From the human T2T-CHM13v2.0 reference genome, Homo sapiens, in the NCBI RefSeq assembly GCF_009914755.1, contig NC_060932.1: 64,000 bases of DNA, one strand, 5' to 3'. Positions within the stretch are counted from its first letter, which is position 1, and every line of letters begins with the position of its first letter. The notes under the pieces are model-generated. The model ran no database searches and was not told the origin of the DNA. It saw only the letters and a program-made list of their open reading frames with translations. Shown one piece after another: positions 48,956-64,000 of the stretch. Both the position numbers and the translations under genes were made by a program.

Positions 48956-49874
48956 ATTTGATTTTCTATCGTCAGCTATTTGTGTACTTTAATTGGAAGA
49001 CTGAGTAAAGAATGGTTATTTTATAAGGGAAATGCACATTTTGTTTTTATTGAATAGTACTCTGTAGCCATGTATTGATTGAAAAAAAATAGAAACAAAT
49101 AATGTGTATCTCTGCTGACGAAGAAGTACAACATAGACAAAAGTAAGGAAACCCCCATTGAGTGATGTCAACTGGGTACTTTCTACAAGTATATCTGGCT
49201 TTATTTAGGGACTAAACCGGTAGAAATAATTGGGGGAATTTCCTTTCCTAAATTTGACAGGTAAATTTGCTTTTCATACTTTCTGTTTTAGTTGCTTATA
49301 TTTAAACTATTTTGAGAAGGAGAAGGATCAATTAAAATGTATTTTATTTAGTGCTAATTGAATAGTACCATATTTAAACTTATACCAATTTCCAAAGTAC
49401 TTGATGTAACTATATATAATTAGTAATAGAATATAGGAATCATGATTTTTATTTTGGTAAATTAAAGGTAGTTTTTCTCTGTTAAAATGGGATTTAAAAC
49501 ACCTTTATGAATGAATCCCTTTATCTAGTTTATCATTGCCTTTCCTATGAAAGTAGTGATACTTGACTAATACTGTCTAACTTAATTGCTACCATGTGGT
49601 GAATTCTAGAGAATTCTTTAGGGGAAATTTTTCTACTACATTTATTTTCAATGACAAGAAATTGGGAGAATTTATAATAGCTCTTATCATTTCATGTATT
49701 TTAATATCTGGACTATATGTTCGGTCCAAAGAGAATATATCACAGAGTGATCATAAGTTGAAATGAGATAACACATGAAAGTATTTTGTAAACTGCAAAG
49801 TCCTATGCAAATAAATGTTAGGTGATACTATTGTTCTGAGATTAGCATTTGTTCTTTCAAGGTCTCTACAGAAT

Positions 49875-50130
49875 AGTCACAGTTCATAGCTTAGACTCTA
49901 GATCCACGTGTTCTAAGATCAAGTCTAGGTTCAGCCCCTTACTAGCTCTGTAACCCGGGATAAGTTTCTAAACCTCTCTATACCTCAGTTCCTCTGTCTG
50001 TTAAAATGACATAATAATAGTTTACCCACTTCAAAGGATTGTTGTGGAGATTCAATGAATTTATATATGAAAGTCATTTGCAACAGTGTCTTGGCACACA
50101 GTAAATGTTATGTGTTAGCTATTCATTACT
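49875..50130 (+). mobile_element. MIR SINE
   Basis: cttactagctctgtaacc...cctcagttcctctgtctgttaaaatg...ggcacacagtaaatg. Confidence 0.8.
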
Positions 50131-50557
50131 GTCATTATTACTACATCATGTAGAATAGATAATTGCTTTCTGATATATGCTAATCATGTTTTTCTCTGTG
50201 GAATTCTTCCTTTACTCTCCTAGTTTTGCATTTTCCTGAAAGAGAGAGCTCATTGAGGGTGATGACTGAATCTCATCAATTTTTATGTCCTCAGCAGCTT
50301 ATGATAGACATTCAATAAGTGCATGGATTACATTATACACACATGACCACTTAAGAGAGAAATACATACTATAGAAGAACTGTAGAAAGGGAAGTAGCAT
50401 TCAGCATCTGCACAATGTTAGTCTCTTTCTCTTTCTGGTCCATCTTACCCTTTTCAGCCTAAAAATTGCCTCATTTTGTTCCTTTTTTTTCTCACCGATC
50501 TGGCCTCAAGGGTGCCTTCCCAGTTTTACCTAGCCATCTCTTCCCCAGGTTGATTTC

Positions 50558-50879
50558 TTTATTTTTTTATTTTTGTTTGAGACAGGGTCTCACTCTGTTG
50601 CCAAGGCTGGAGTGCAGTGGCGTGATCTCGGCTCACTGCTCACTGCAACCTCCACCTCTGGGGTTCAAGCGATTCTTATGCCTCAGCCTCCCCAGTAGCT
50701 CGGACTACAGGTATGTGCCAATATGCCACTATGCCCGGCTAATTTTTTTTGTATTTTTTGGTAGAGATGAGATTTCACCATGTTGGCCAGGCTGGTCTTG
50801 GACCCCTGGCCTCAAGTGATTCACCTGCCTTGGCCTCCCAAAGTGCTAGGATTACAGGTGTGAGCCACCATGCCTGGCC
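50558..50879 (-). mobile_element. Alu (AluS/J-like) with small internal duplications
   Basis: Reverse Alu with a gctcactgctcactgc duplication. TSD cccaggttgatttc / cccagattgatttc. Confidence 0.93.
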
Positions 50880-51039
50880 TCCCAGATTGATTTCATTCCC
50901 ACTACCTTTTGTGGGAAACCTTCATTAACCACTCCTGCCCAAGACAGTCTCTTCTGTTCTATTATACATTTTATATGTGTATGTATAATAACATTATTAT
51001 ATATGTATATTCTCTGCTCTTCTTTAAAGGTTTTATCTT

Positions 51040-51620
51040 TTTTATTAGGTGATACATGCACATAGTACAAACTTCACAAAGTGCAAAAGACTATGGTGAA
51101 AAGTGGGCCTCTGCCTCCCTGGAAACAGTTACTCTTACCAGTTCCTTACATATCCCTGTGGAAATAGTCTCTGTGTTGCACAGCTTGCACATGTGTTTTA
51201 ATGGTAGCATATTGGATACTCTGTTCTACTTTGCTTTGTTCACATAATATATTTTGAATATTCCATATCAGTACATATAGCACTGCCTCACTTTTTAATG
51301 GCTATATAAAATAGTACTATAATTTTTAACCAGTCACCTGATGGTGGGCTTAGTAGTTATTCTGTGGCTGTTACCAACATCACTGCCATGTGCACTGGTA
51401 CACATACAGAAGTCCACACAAGTAGGCCTGTATCTGTAAGGTAAATACTGGTGGGATTACTGAGTCAAAGGAGACGTGAATTTTTAGATTTTTACTATGA
51501 AAGACAAACTGCTCTTTATGGGGATTTTATTAATCTACAACCCCATCAACAATGTATGAGAGCCCATTTTTCACACACTTGCCAACTCAGTAGGTTATTA
51601 AACCTTTTGGTCTCTGCCAC
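51040..51620 (-). mobile_element. Old L1ME fragment
   Basis: attccatatcagtacatatag...taaccagtcacctgatggtgg...ccatcaacaatgtatgagagcccattt. Confidence 0.65.
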
Positions 51621-53331
51621 TTGTATATCCCAGATCAACTTCTAATTCTGCTTCATATTGTTTGCTATCCTTTAGAATATTTCTGTCCCACCTCCCTTCA
51701 TTACAGTAGCTCTTTGCAATCTTAGATAATCTTATATTTTCATTGACTTTATATTCCTTAACTTCCAGGAGAGTTCTAGTTTCTGATATTCTGTTCCATT
51801 GGCATGTACTTGTCAGACCAGGTATCCTCATTTACTTACATGTCATAGTGCTCTGTAAACGTTTATGGATTGATTAGCCTAAGTGGGCAAAGTCCATCTG
51901 TCTCTATAATTTTGAATAAGAGAGAGCCATTGCTTCCTAAATATTTTTTATTAGTTTCTGCCTTTGTGTTAATTAGTGTAATTAACATTGTCAGTATCTG
52001 TTGCTACACGTGTGAATCTCAGTGTTCAAACTCAGGCTCTTTGCTACCGACTTTTACCTTGTTAGCAAGGCGAACACATATTCATTTAAAGGTATCAATA
52101 AGATTTTATGACCTGTTTTCTAGTAGCCCAGGATAGAGTCTTTCTGGGTTCACTCTGCAGAGCTGGGTGAGTTAGGTGGGAAGAATCTCAAAAAAGATGC
52201 CATTCTGGGGTAATAGGGGAAGCTCAGGGACTTGGTTGAGTTTAAAGTATGACCTCCTAGAGCTGAGGCAGTGAGAGCCCGGTATGTGCAGGAGGCTTTG
52301 TTCATGGCCAGACTATTGTGGGAACCTCTTGAACAACAAGGTGAAAAGAGCAAAATGGGCAAGGAAGTTGTGAGCCAGGCTGAGGTTTGAGTGGAGGGTT
52401 CAGGTACGTGTTCAGTACCAAACCGTTGGAAGTCATTGCCAGAGTATTAATTAAATTGACACTTTAAATAGTTTCTAAATTAGGGATGGTTGATCAGATG
52501 AAGAGACATGGTGGGCCAGAAAGCACTGACTTGGATAATCTAAATAATTTATTAAGATAACATTTTTTAAATGTAGGATAGGATCAGTTCACTGTATACA
52601 GTTGCACAGTTTGTTATGTACTACATAAAAGCACCTCACTAAGGAGGCAGAGGGTGACTAGATTTCAGCCCGGGTTCTAATCACCGAGGCATGTACCTGG
52701 TATGCCTGGAGGAAAGTGTACCTTTTTCTGATTCATCTGCTAATTCAAATATTTGGGGTAGGCAAGTAGAGGCCTTGTTCTCTTTGTCTTATATGTTGTA
52801 GACTTAATGTGAAGAATATCCTCTAATCTGTTAAAAAAATCAATATGTAATAATATTTTCTGATCCAAAAATTATATTGAGCAGTAAATGATGATTGGCT
52901 ACCATTTAATTCTCTTTTATAAAATGAGAATAGGGAAAAAGAAAAAAAGAAATTAAGTATTTGGCTTTGAAAGAGTCGACCTGTATGAAAAAGAAATGTT
53001 GAACATTTGTACCCTTTTTTCTTTTTAAGCTTTTATTCTCTGTTGTGAGATTTTCCCCTTTGAGGACACTGAAAGCAAAATGAATCGTGCCATTGGAAAA
53101 TGCCCTGTAGATCTTCATGGGGTTATCTGTAGCCAGCAGCGTACAGGAAACTAGTCACATTATTAATTGCATTCTCTCTTGGCCAAAGGTTTAGCTGTTT
53201 TAAAATGTGATTTCACTGCCCATATTGCTCATATGCCTAAGCTTCTTTGTTACTTTAGTAAATATATGTTTGTGTGGAGTGATTTAGCTCAAATTTAGTG
53301 TATTAAATGGTAGTCTACCTAAGGCACCCAT

Positions 53332-53605
53332 GTCTCCTCTCCTCTCCTCTCCTCTCCTCTCCTCTCCTCTCCTCTCCCCTCCACTCCCCTCCCCCTTTCC
53401 CCTCCCCCTCCCCTCTTTCCTTTCTTCTCCTCTTTCCTTTCCTTTCCTCTTCTCTTATTTTCTCTTTCTCTTTTTATTTCTCTCTTTCTCTGTTTCTCTC
53501 TCTTTCTCTCTTTCTCTCTCTCTTTCTTTCTCTTTCCCTCCCTCCCTTCCTTCCTTCCTTATTTCCTTCCTTCCTTCCTTATTTCCTTCCTTCCTTCCTT
53601 CCTTC
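53332..53605. repeat. Compound polypyrimidine microsatellite: (CTCCT)n, (CT)n, (CCTT)n
   Basis: About 270 bp almost exclusively C/T on the + strand. Confidence 0.95.
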
Positions 53606-54870
53606 AACTGTACAGAGACCTGGAGGTCGCCAGGCTACCCATTCTGAAATGTGAGTTTTGTTTGGCTCACACAGTGTTGGGATTTGTTGGGTTTCAAATG
53701 TGTTTAGGTAAGAGTTGTGCCTTTCTATTAGTCACTATTCTGACCATTCCCTTTTGTTTTATATCTGATCCACTTCAACTGTCTTTCCTGCTGGCATTCC
53801 AGTTTGTAATTCTTACTTTATATCTGGATACTCTGTGAACACAGAATTAAGGCAGGAAATTAGAAGGTAGAATAAAATCTGCTTTTAAGAAGCAGTTTAC
53901 ATTAAACAAATAACTTTTATTTATAGTGTTAATAAATGTTTTCAAATATTATAATTGTATCCCAATATCATTCCCCTAAGTACTCTTCCCATTTAATTGC
54001 TATTAGGCTGGGCTGTGCCTTCCAGCAAGATAAATACCAGGTTGGTAGGCAAAATTAGGGAACTGTATCAAGGTTTAGAATACCAAGGGTCAATAGCAGG
54101 CCAGTCGTTGGAAGGCAGAATATACACAAACAGTAAGGTCAAGACAAGTCATAAGTCAGAGCAAGCTGGACAGACTAGGGAATAGCAGTAGCATCCAAGG
54201 CCCATGGGAGTAGGAACATCAGGTCCAAGCCTCTAAGACCAGGAAATCCATGAGCATTAAAGGAATGAGATCAGAATTGGCAGGCAAGGAGGCTGAGTCA
54301 TGGGGGCTCACGGTCTCAACAAGGAAATGGGTCACTGGCGGGGTCAGTACAGGACCCTACGTGAAAGAAAGGAGTTTGCCACAGACCAACCCCTTTTGCC
54401 TCTGCTTAGAATTTTTTAAAATTAATAGACTTTATTTTTTAGACCGTTTTTAGGTTAACAGAATGGAACAGATAGTGCAGAGAGTTCCCAGATACCACCT
54501 TCTCCCCCAATCCCCTACACACCAGTTTCCCCTATTTTCCTATTTTTAATATTGTACATTTGAATGATATATTTGTTGCAATTGATGAACCAATATTGAT
54601 ACACTATTATTGAGTTAAGCCCATTTTTTACATTAGGTTTATGCTGTGTATATTTTTATGGGGTGGGTGTTCGTGTATTAACATTTATATTACATAAAAC
54701 TTACTATTTTGACCATTTTAGGTGTGCTGCTCAGTGAGATTAGGTACGTTCACACTGATGTGCAACCATCACCATTAGCCACCTCCAGAACTTTTTCAGT
54801 AACCCTGATGGAAACTGTACCCATTAAACAGTAATTCCCCATGTCCCTACCCTCACCTTTGGTAACCACT

Positions 54871-55642
54871 TTTTTTTATTTTATTTTATTTTATTTTATT
54901 TATTATTATTATACTTTAAGTTTTAGGGAACATGTGCACAATGTGCAGGTTAGTTACATATGTATACATGTGCCATGCTGGTGCGCTGCACCCACTAACT
55001 CGTCATCTAGCATTAGTTATATCTCCCAATGCTATCCCTCCCCCCTCCCCCTACCCCACAACAGTCCCCAGAGTGTGATGTTCCCCTTCCTGTGTCCATG
55101 TGTTCTCATTGTTCAATTCCCACCTATGAGTGAGAATATGCGGTGTTTGGTTTTTTGTTCTTGCGATAGTTTACTGAGAATGATGATTTCCAATTTCATC
55201 CATGTCCCTACAAAGGACATGAACTCATCATTTTTTATGGCTGCATAGTATTCCATGGTGTATATATGCCACATTTTCTTAATCCAGTCTATCATTGTTG
55301 GACATTTGGGTTGGTTCCAAGTCTTTGCTATTGTGAATAATGCTGCAATAAACATACGTGTGCATGGGTCTTTATAGCAGCATGATTTATAGTCCTTTGG
55401 GTATATACCCAGTAATGGGATGGCTGGGTCAAATGGTATTTCTAGTTCTAGATCCCTGAGGAATCGCCTATGTCCTGAATGGTAATGCCTAGGTTTTCTT
55501 CTAGGGTTTTTATGGTTTTAGGTCTAACGTTTAAGTCTTTAATCCATCTTGAATTGATTTTTGTATAAGGTGTAAGGAAGGGATCCAGTTTCAGCTTTCT
55601 ACATATGGGTAGCCAGTTTTCCCAGCACCATTTATTAAATCG
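54871..55642 (-). mobile_element. 5'-truncated young L1 (L1PA2-like) with ~500-bp internal deletion
   Basis: 3'UTR close to the L1HS/PA2 consensus, with the GAG diagnostic (cactaaCTCgtcatc). ORF2 C-terminus MFIAALFTIAKTWNQPKCP...IFSLIGGN. Junction gaatcGCCtatgtcc at 55466-55468. Confidence 0.9.
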
Positions 55643-55712
55643 GGTTCTATCTCTATGTATTTGACTATTCTGGGTACCTCATGTAAGTGGCATTGTACAA
55701 TATTTGTGCGTT

Positions 55713-55930
55713 TATCACTTGAACCCAGGAGTTCAACACCAGCTTGGGCAACATAACGAGACCCTGTCTCTACAAGAATTGTGTGTTGGCACACACCTAT
55801 TGTCCTAGTTACTTGGGATCACTTGAGCCTAGGAGGTCTTGGCTGCAGTGAGCCATGATTGTGCCACTGCACTCCAGCCTGGGCAGTAGAGCAAGACTAT
55901 ATCTGTCTCTTAAAACAAACAAACAAAAAA
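55713..55930 (+). mobile_element. AluJ-like, partial
   Basis: atcacttgaacccaggagttcaacaccagc...gccactgcactccagcctgggc...(AAAC)n tail. Confidence 0.8.
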
Positions 55931-56211
55931 TTGTCCTTTTGTGTCTGGCATATTTCACTTCCCACAGTGGCTTTAATGTTCACCTATGTTGTAGCATGTA
56001 TTACTATTTCATTCTCTTTTAAGGCTGAATATTCCATTGTATGTACCACATTTTGTTGATCCACTTATCTGTCAATGGACATTTGCGTTTTCACCTTTTG
56101 GATATAATGCTGCTGTGAGCATCAGTGTACATGTATCTGTTTGAGTTTCTGCTTTCAGTTCTTTTTTGTGTATATATCAGAAGTGGAATAGCTGAATCAA
56201 ATGATCTGTGG

Positions 56212-56503
56212 GTCCGGGCGCGATGGCTCATGCCTGTAATCCCAGCACTTTGGAAGGCCGAGGCAGGCAGATTACCTGAGGTCAGGAGTTCAAGACCAGC
56301 CTGACCAACATGGAGAAACCCGCTTTCTACTAAAAATACAAACTTAGCTGGGTGTGGTGGCACATGCCTGTAATCCCAGCTACGTACTGAGGCAGGAGAA
56401 TTGCTTGAACCTGGGAGGCGGAGGTTGCGGTGATCCGAGATTGCACCATTGCACTCCAGCCTGGGCAACAAGAGCGAGGCTGTGTGTCAAAAAAAAAAAA
56501 AAA
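56212..56503 (+). mobile_element. Alu (AluSp-like)
   Basis: cctgaccaacatggagaaaccc and gggcaacaagagcga diagnostics. TSD aaatgatctgtggg / aaatggtctatggg. Confidence 0.92.
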
Positions 56504-57143
56504 ATGGTCTATGGGTTTTGGGCAAATGCACAATGTCATGTGTCCACTATACAGAATAGTTTCACTGTCTGAAAAATCCCCTGCTTCAACCATTCTTCAC
56601 TCTCTCACCTTTGCCTCTGCTTAGGTTTTAATGTTCTTTTTGTAGACATTTAAATACTGTTTATACTCCAACCTGGAATTTTCGGGTAAAGACGAGTTAG
56701 TGAAATCAGTGATCAAGGGAAAGTAAGATGTTCTGGTAAATTATTTATAGTCCCTTAGGCTTTGAGATTTTGAAAGTTACTTACACAGTTAGCGTACAGG
56801 TAACAAACAGAGCTTTAGAATGCATTGGCTTCAAATAGGATGATTTGTGTGGATGCAGTTATATATTGCATCCATTTATTCCACAAAGATTTATTAAGCA
56901 CCTATACTATATGCCAAGCCCTGTGCTAGATGCTTTCAATAGGAAATAAAGATTCCATAAGATAAGTTAGACTATTTTAGGAGTTTCCACCTTTTTACCA
57001 CCAAGCTACCCCTTTGATAGTTGTTCCCTAGGAGGCATGTGTTTTGAAAGATCCTGTCTATTACATATTATGCTTGTGCTAGGCTTTCTCAGAATATTGA
57101 AAATAGCTTTTGAATCTCCACTGTAATTTTCAGGGAGTCCTAG

Positions 57144-57519
<376 letters not shown>

Positions 57520-58180
57520 CTGATCACTTTTTAAATTCAGAGCATGAGTCTTCGATTAGGCTGGTTTGTGTGACTGTCACTGTGCTCAGTCCTGTTATTA
57601 CAGCTGTGCTGAGGTACTTAGTGTGGCTGTTTTCCAGACTTGACTTGCTCAAATTACCATTTCTCTATCTTCTCCAGTTGCTTGCTGACCCAGCCTTTTC
57701 CACTATACTTAGTGGCAGTGACCATCTAAATATGAAAAAAAAAAAAACCAAAACAAAAACCGTTGTACTAGGATAGAAAATAAAGAGACAAGAAGGGCAA
57801 GAAGGCTCAGGTATTTGTGGTCATTAAAGCAGAAGTCTCTACGCTATTTTAATTGTTACTGTCATATGAGCCTCCTGATAATTTGTTTATTCGTGTTTGT
57901 ACATATTCTGCATAATATCAGTATGTGCATTATTAGTGAAACCTAATTTTTCTCCTTTTTAAAATAAAAGTTAATTATAAATAGAAGTTCTGAGATTTTG
58001 CATGTACTCTGAGCTGCATGCATCCCACTTTAGAAACCTGTACTGAGAAAGCAGACTGATATTTTTTACTGACCAAAATACTAACCACCATGTCTACTGT
58101 AGCTTAGATTATTCTACAGATAATGCTGAGGATTCTGACATACAAACAGACAGGTAGGTTTAATTAGGGAAAAGTTCTAG

Positions 58181-58589
<409 letters not shown>

Positions 58590-59315
58590 TAAATTAGTAT
58601 AGAGAGTTTCAGTTTTACTAGATAAAGTTTTAGAGATCTGTTTCGCAACAACATGAATAAACTTGACACTAATGAACCATACATTTAAAAATGGTTAAGG
58701 TGTTAAATTTTATGTTACGTGTTTTAAACACAATAAAACAATCAGTTAGATATTGGTGATTTATCCCCTGTAACCAATATTTTAACATCTACTATATAAG
58801 GACTCCATTTGGTCTCTGCAGACCAAATTTTCTGCAGTTTTTGCTAGGTACTTTAAGCATTTTAGTCCCCTGTGGTTACATTATCAGAAAAATGTGAGTG
58901 CTTGTGATTCTTAATATAGAGCCAGATAAAATCCCTGAACACCAGTCCACTAAATCTACTTTAATGGGATAAACTTTTAAATGAACCATTAATAATATAC
59001 TCCACATATTTGCTATTTGGGGTCTGGGGAGGCAGATAGACAGAAAGAGATGGAAGAAAAGCCTGAGTTGACTTTCGTACTTTCAGTGTTCCAAAGCCTG
59101 GATATAAATGAAAGATGAGCATTTCTACTTAATTTATCTGGCTGGATTCCTGTGCCTAATGGCTGCATATATACCATAAACACTGTGAAGAAGCAACCAT
59201 GGAAACACTTGTTTTCTTGTTGGGCTAAATTTACTCTGGATTGAATATTAACACAGTGCCTGGCAGTACTTTAAAAGCAAAAATAGCTTAAGTGTGATTC
59301 ACTCTGAGTCATTTA

Positions 59316-59335
59316 CTGCTGCTGCTGCTGCTGCT
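59316..59335. repeat. (CTG)6 trinucleotide repeat
   Basis: ctgctgctgctgctgctgct seen directly. Confidence 0.9.
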
Positions 59336-61112
59336 ATACTGCCTAGAGCTTGACATTGAACAAGTTGGCAGCCTGTATTGCTACATTTTTTCTAGGAACT
59401 CTGAACACATTTCATTCTTGTGAATTCGCTTGTGCAACGATATTAAATAGAGTAATATGTTTATTTTGTTTCAAAGTCAAATGAATTTGAGAATGGTGAA
59501 ACTGAATTATTTTTCTTGGGCTTTCTGGAAAAGCTAGATTCTCAGAATTCTCCCGTGGTTATAAGACTTACTCTATTTTATAAAGAATTAATAAAATGTC
59601 ACTGAAGTTTTGTTTTAGACACTTTGGGCTTCGCTGATTGAAAACACCACACCAATTGAAAAATCACTGTGAAAAAGAACCTGGTAGTACTGTCAATATC
59701 AAGTAGGATTCATTAATTTTCTGACATTACTGGACAAGATGGTTCGTGCCATTCAGAAAGCTCTTTTTCTTTCTTCTTCTTTCCTAATACAGTGAGGCAT
59801 ACAACGTAGCCTGCCTTATGGTTAAGTTGGGTGTATGACTTGTAAACTTCCCTCTTGCTATTAAAGATTATATAATGGGAAGTTCATTGGTTTTGAAAGG
59901 CAGACCAAACCCACCCATGGGATTTCTATTGGCTTTTTAGATGTATTGCATTTCTCTGAGTAAACCCATGTGGCTGAGAAATAGTGAGTAGCTTGTTGGC
60001 TGACTGTGGGAAAACCTATGAAGGATCAGTTGATCTCATTTGGGCAGGAGTCAGAAATGGCTGAGAATCTAAAACTATATATATGAGGATGGTTTTCTCT
60101 TGATGTTGCAATCTTTATTTTAACATGTTTTTGTGTTTAGCTTCTGGAGTTGCCTAACAGTATAATTTCAAATGAGGTTTAGTTTCAGCTGTTTAATTTT
60201 AAACTGTAGGGAACATGATTAAAAAAAAATTAAGGCATTATCATTTGCCTTAGAATTTTAATGGTTTGTATAGAAAGAGTTTTCCTGTGACAACCTAAAA
60301 CAAAAATGAGCCTAACCTAATTCTTGATATTATTTGTTTTACCATAAAATTCTTACATTAGAACATGTAACTCTGTCAGAGAATTTCAACATAGTTGCAT
60401 AAATTGTGTTTCATATTACAACTTGTTCTCTGCTTGACTTCATTGAAAGTAATAAAATGACTCTTTCAGAAGGATCTGGTGAGTTAACATCATTATTTAA
60501 AAAAAAAAAAAAGTAAAGAACTTACTCATAATGTATCCTGTGTTGCTAAGTTTTCAAAGTTAGCTATCTCAGCCACACCCAAAAGCCCTTTCAGAAGATT
60601 GAAATCCACTTATTCATTTATGCTGGCTTAGAATTTTCTTCCTAGTAAGATCTGAGATCGATATAAATTTTCCATGAAATATATGATGAATGCAAGAAAA
60701 ACTAACATTTGGAATTTGAGTTGCTGCCAAGTCTTGTGTGTAATATATAGTTCTTTATTCTGTGGTTAAAGAGATTTCTTATAGCAGGGCTTTCTCTAAC
60801 TTGGGCCCTGTGGGTGCTAAAAATATCTCGAAGGTATTTTTTATGTTCCAAAGGGATACTATCACCCTTCCTCAGAGCTAGAATATAGGATACCAGTCCT
60901 GCAGTAGCATTCCCCATATCATGGTCATACCCACCCTCTACTGCTACATTTCCAAGGCATATAAATGAGTTTTTCATATGGCTTGAAAATTAGCTCAACA
61001 AAGTTTAAATAACCAACCATGTCAGGTTGTAAACTAAAGGGGATAGTCTAAATGAGTCTCAGCATAGCCCAGTACCCACTGTGTTATTAATGCCTTTACA
61101 TAGATGTATCTC

Positions 61113-61399
61113 TTTTATTGAGACAAGATCTCACTTTGTCACCCATGCTGAAGTGCAGTGACGCAATCATGGCTCACTTCAGCCTCAACTTCCCTCACTC
61201 AGGTGATCCTCCCACCTCAGACCTGAGTAGCTGGGATTACAGTTGTGTACCACCATGCCTGGCTAAGTTTTGTATTTTTTGTAGACACAGGGTTTTGCCA
61301 TGTTGCCCAGGCTGGTCTTGAACTCCTGGGCTCAAGCAGTCCACCTGCCTCAGCTTCCCAAAGTTCTGGGATTACAGGCATGAGCCACTGTGCCCAGCC
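61113..61399 (-). mobile_element. AluJ-like
   Basis: gcaatcatggctcacttcagcctcaac and gaactcctgggctcaagc J-type features. TSD agatgtatct / agatgtgtct. Confidence 0.9.
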
Positions 61400-61426
61400 A
61401 GATGTGTCTTATCCATAGACATATTA

Positions 61427-61757
61427 TAGGTTGCGTATCACTTACGTGAAATGCTTGAAACCAAAAAGTGTTTCAGACTTCAGGTTTTGGAATATTTGTA
61501 TATACATAATGAAATATATTAGGGATAAGACCCAAGCCTAAATGCAGCATTCATTTATGTTTCATATGTAGCTTACACACATAGCCTGAAGGTAATTTTA
61601 TACAATGTTTTTAATAATGTCGTGCATGAAACAAAGTTTTGACTGCATTTTGACTGCAACTAGGTGTGGAATTTTCCACATGTGGCAATGTGTCAGTATT
61701 CAGAAAGTTTTGGATTTTGAAGCATTTCAGATTTTGGGATTAAGGATGTTCAACCTA
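61427..61757. mobile_element. Tigger4b (Zombi)-like TcMar-Tigger DNA transposon
   Basis: TIRs taggttgcgtatc ... gatgttcaaccta flanked by TA; internal cacatagcctgaaggtaattttatacaa. Confidence 0.8.
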
Positions 61758-62084
61758 TAAATGAGATGATGTGAAAGTCTTCACACAGGGCCTAGCATAA
61801 AGTAGACACTCAATAAAAAAGCTCATTAAATCAGAATTTATATTATAAATATTCACCTTATTTGGCCTGGAAGTTTTCTTTCTTTCTTTTTATTTATATG
61901 TATACTCATTTGTCAAACTTGTATTATATGCCAGAAACTATAGGATATTTGAGACAAATTAATAAACCTTCAAGAATTACATTCTTAACTTGAAAAAGCA
62001 GGCATGCAAATTACTAAATATATTAATCATATGCTTTTTAAAAAGATTAGGTATAAGGATGTCATTGCCTTAAAGTAGGAACGA

Positions 62085-63662
<1,578 letters not shown>

Positions 63663-63991
63663 TTTTTTTTTTTTTTTTTTTTTTTGAGTCAGGGTCTTGC
63701 GCTGTCACGCAGGCTGGAGTATAGTGGCGCAATCATAGCTCCACTATGCAGCCTTGATGCAGAAATCATGCAGCCTTGATCTTCCTGGTTCAAGAGATTC
63801 TCCCACTGTAGCCTCCCTGGTAGCTGGGACTACAGGCACACAAAACCATGCCTGGCTAATTTTTTTAAATTTTTAGTAGAGAGGAGGTCTGGCTGTTTTC
63901 AGGCTGGTCTTAAACTGCTGGGCTCAAGCAGTCCTCTTGCCTCAGCCTCCCAAAGTGCTGGGATTACAGGCATAAGCCACCATGCCCAGTC
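63663..63991 (-). mobile_element. AluJ-like with internal duplication
   Basis: Reverse Alu with atgcagccttgat repeated. TSD tcctttgcc on both sides. Confidence 0.9.
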
Positions 63992-64000
63992 CTTTGCCCA

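Larger units (their letters stand above)
54410..56600 (-). mobile_element. Old L1M 3' fragments hosting younger L1 and Alu insertions
   Basis: gacttta tttttt ag...acagatagtgcagagagttccca; ggtaaccact ... ttctatctctatgtatttgactattct continues across the L1PA2 insertion. Confidence 0.75.

Noticed and set aside
53307-53654. Leu/Ser/Phe/Pro-rich membrane-like ORFs
   Set aside because: Artefact of a C/T microsatellite that cannot contain stop codons.
55466-55468. Spliced L1 integrant (SpIRE) as the cause of the internal deletion
   Set aside because: In L1 sense orientation the missing segment is not bounded by GT/GC...AG in any register of the GGC microhomology.
59316-59335. Pathogenic-type CTG expansion
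   Set aside because: Only six units, an ordinary length.

Overview
Primate (most likely human) genomic DNA, almost entirely intronic. The only protein-coding sequence is one 154-nt internal exon on the + strand (21946-22099, VKEERPEKIPDLKLLVEKKFLALQSKNSDADFQNNEKFVQFKQQLKELKKQ/C). I recognise it as part of NSMCE2 (MMS21, SUMO E3 ligase of the SMC5/6 complex). The rest is intron filled with repeats: about 22 Alu copies or fragments, a full-length but dead L1PA6-like element (36046-42201, -), a truncated L1PA2-like copy, old L1M/L2/MIR fragments, MaLR LTRs, an ERVL integrase remnant, an LTR10-family solo LTR and several DNA-transposon relics. I see no convincing new gene system. The leads most worth testing are: (i) a four-half-site p53 element in the antisense-oriented LTR10 solo LTR; (ii) an isolated near-perfect 29-bp hairpin at 27542-27608; (iii) an Alu and a full-length L1 inserted successively at the same endonuclease nick; (iv) an open ORF0-like frame in the L1 antisense-promoter region, pointing along NSMCE2; (v) a possible intronic-polyadenylation isoform lacking the SP-RING domain. 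Repeat subfamily names come from my memory of the consensus sequences, and the boundaries of old repeats are approximate.
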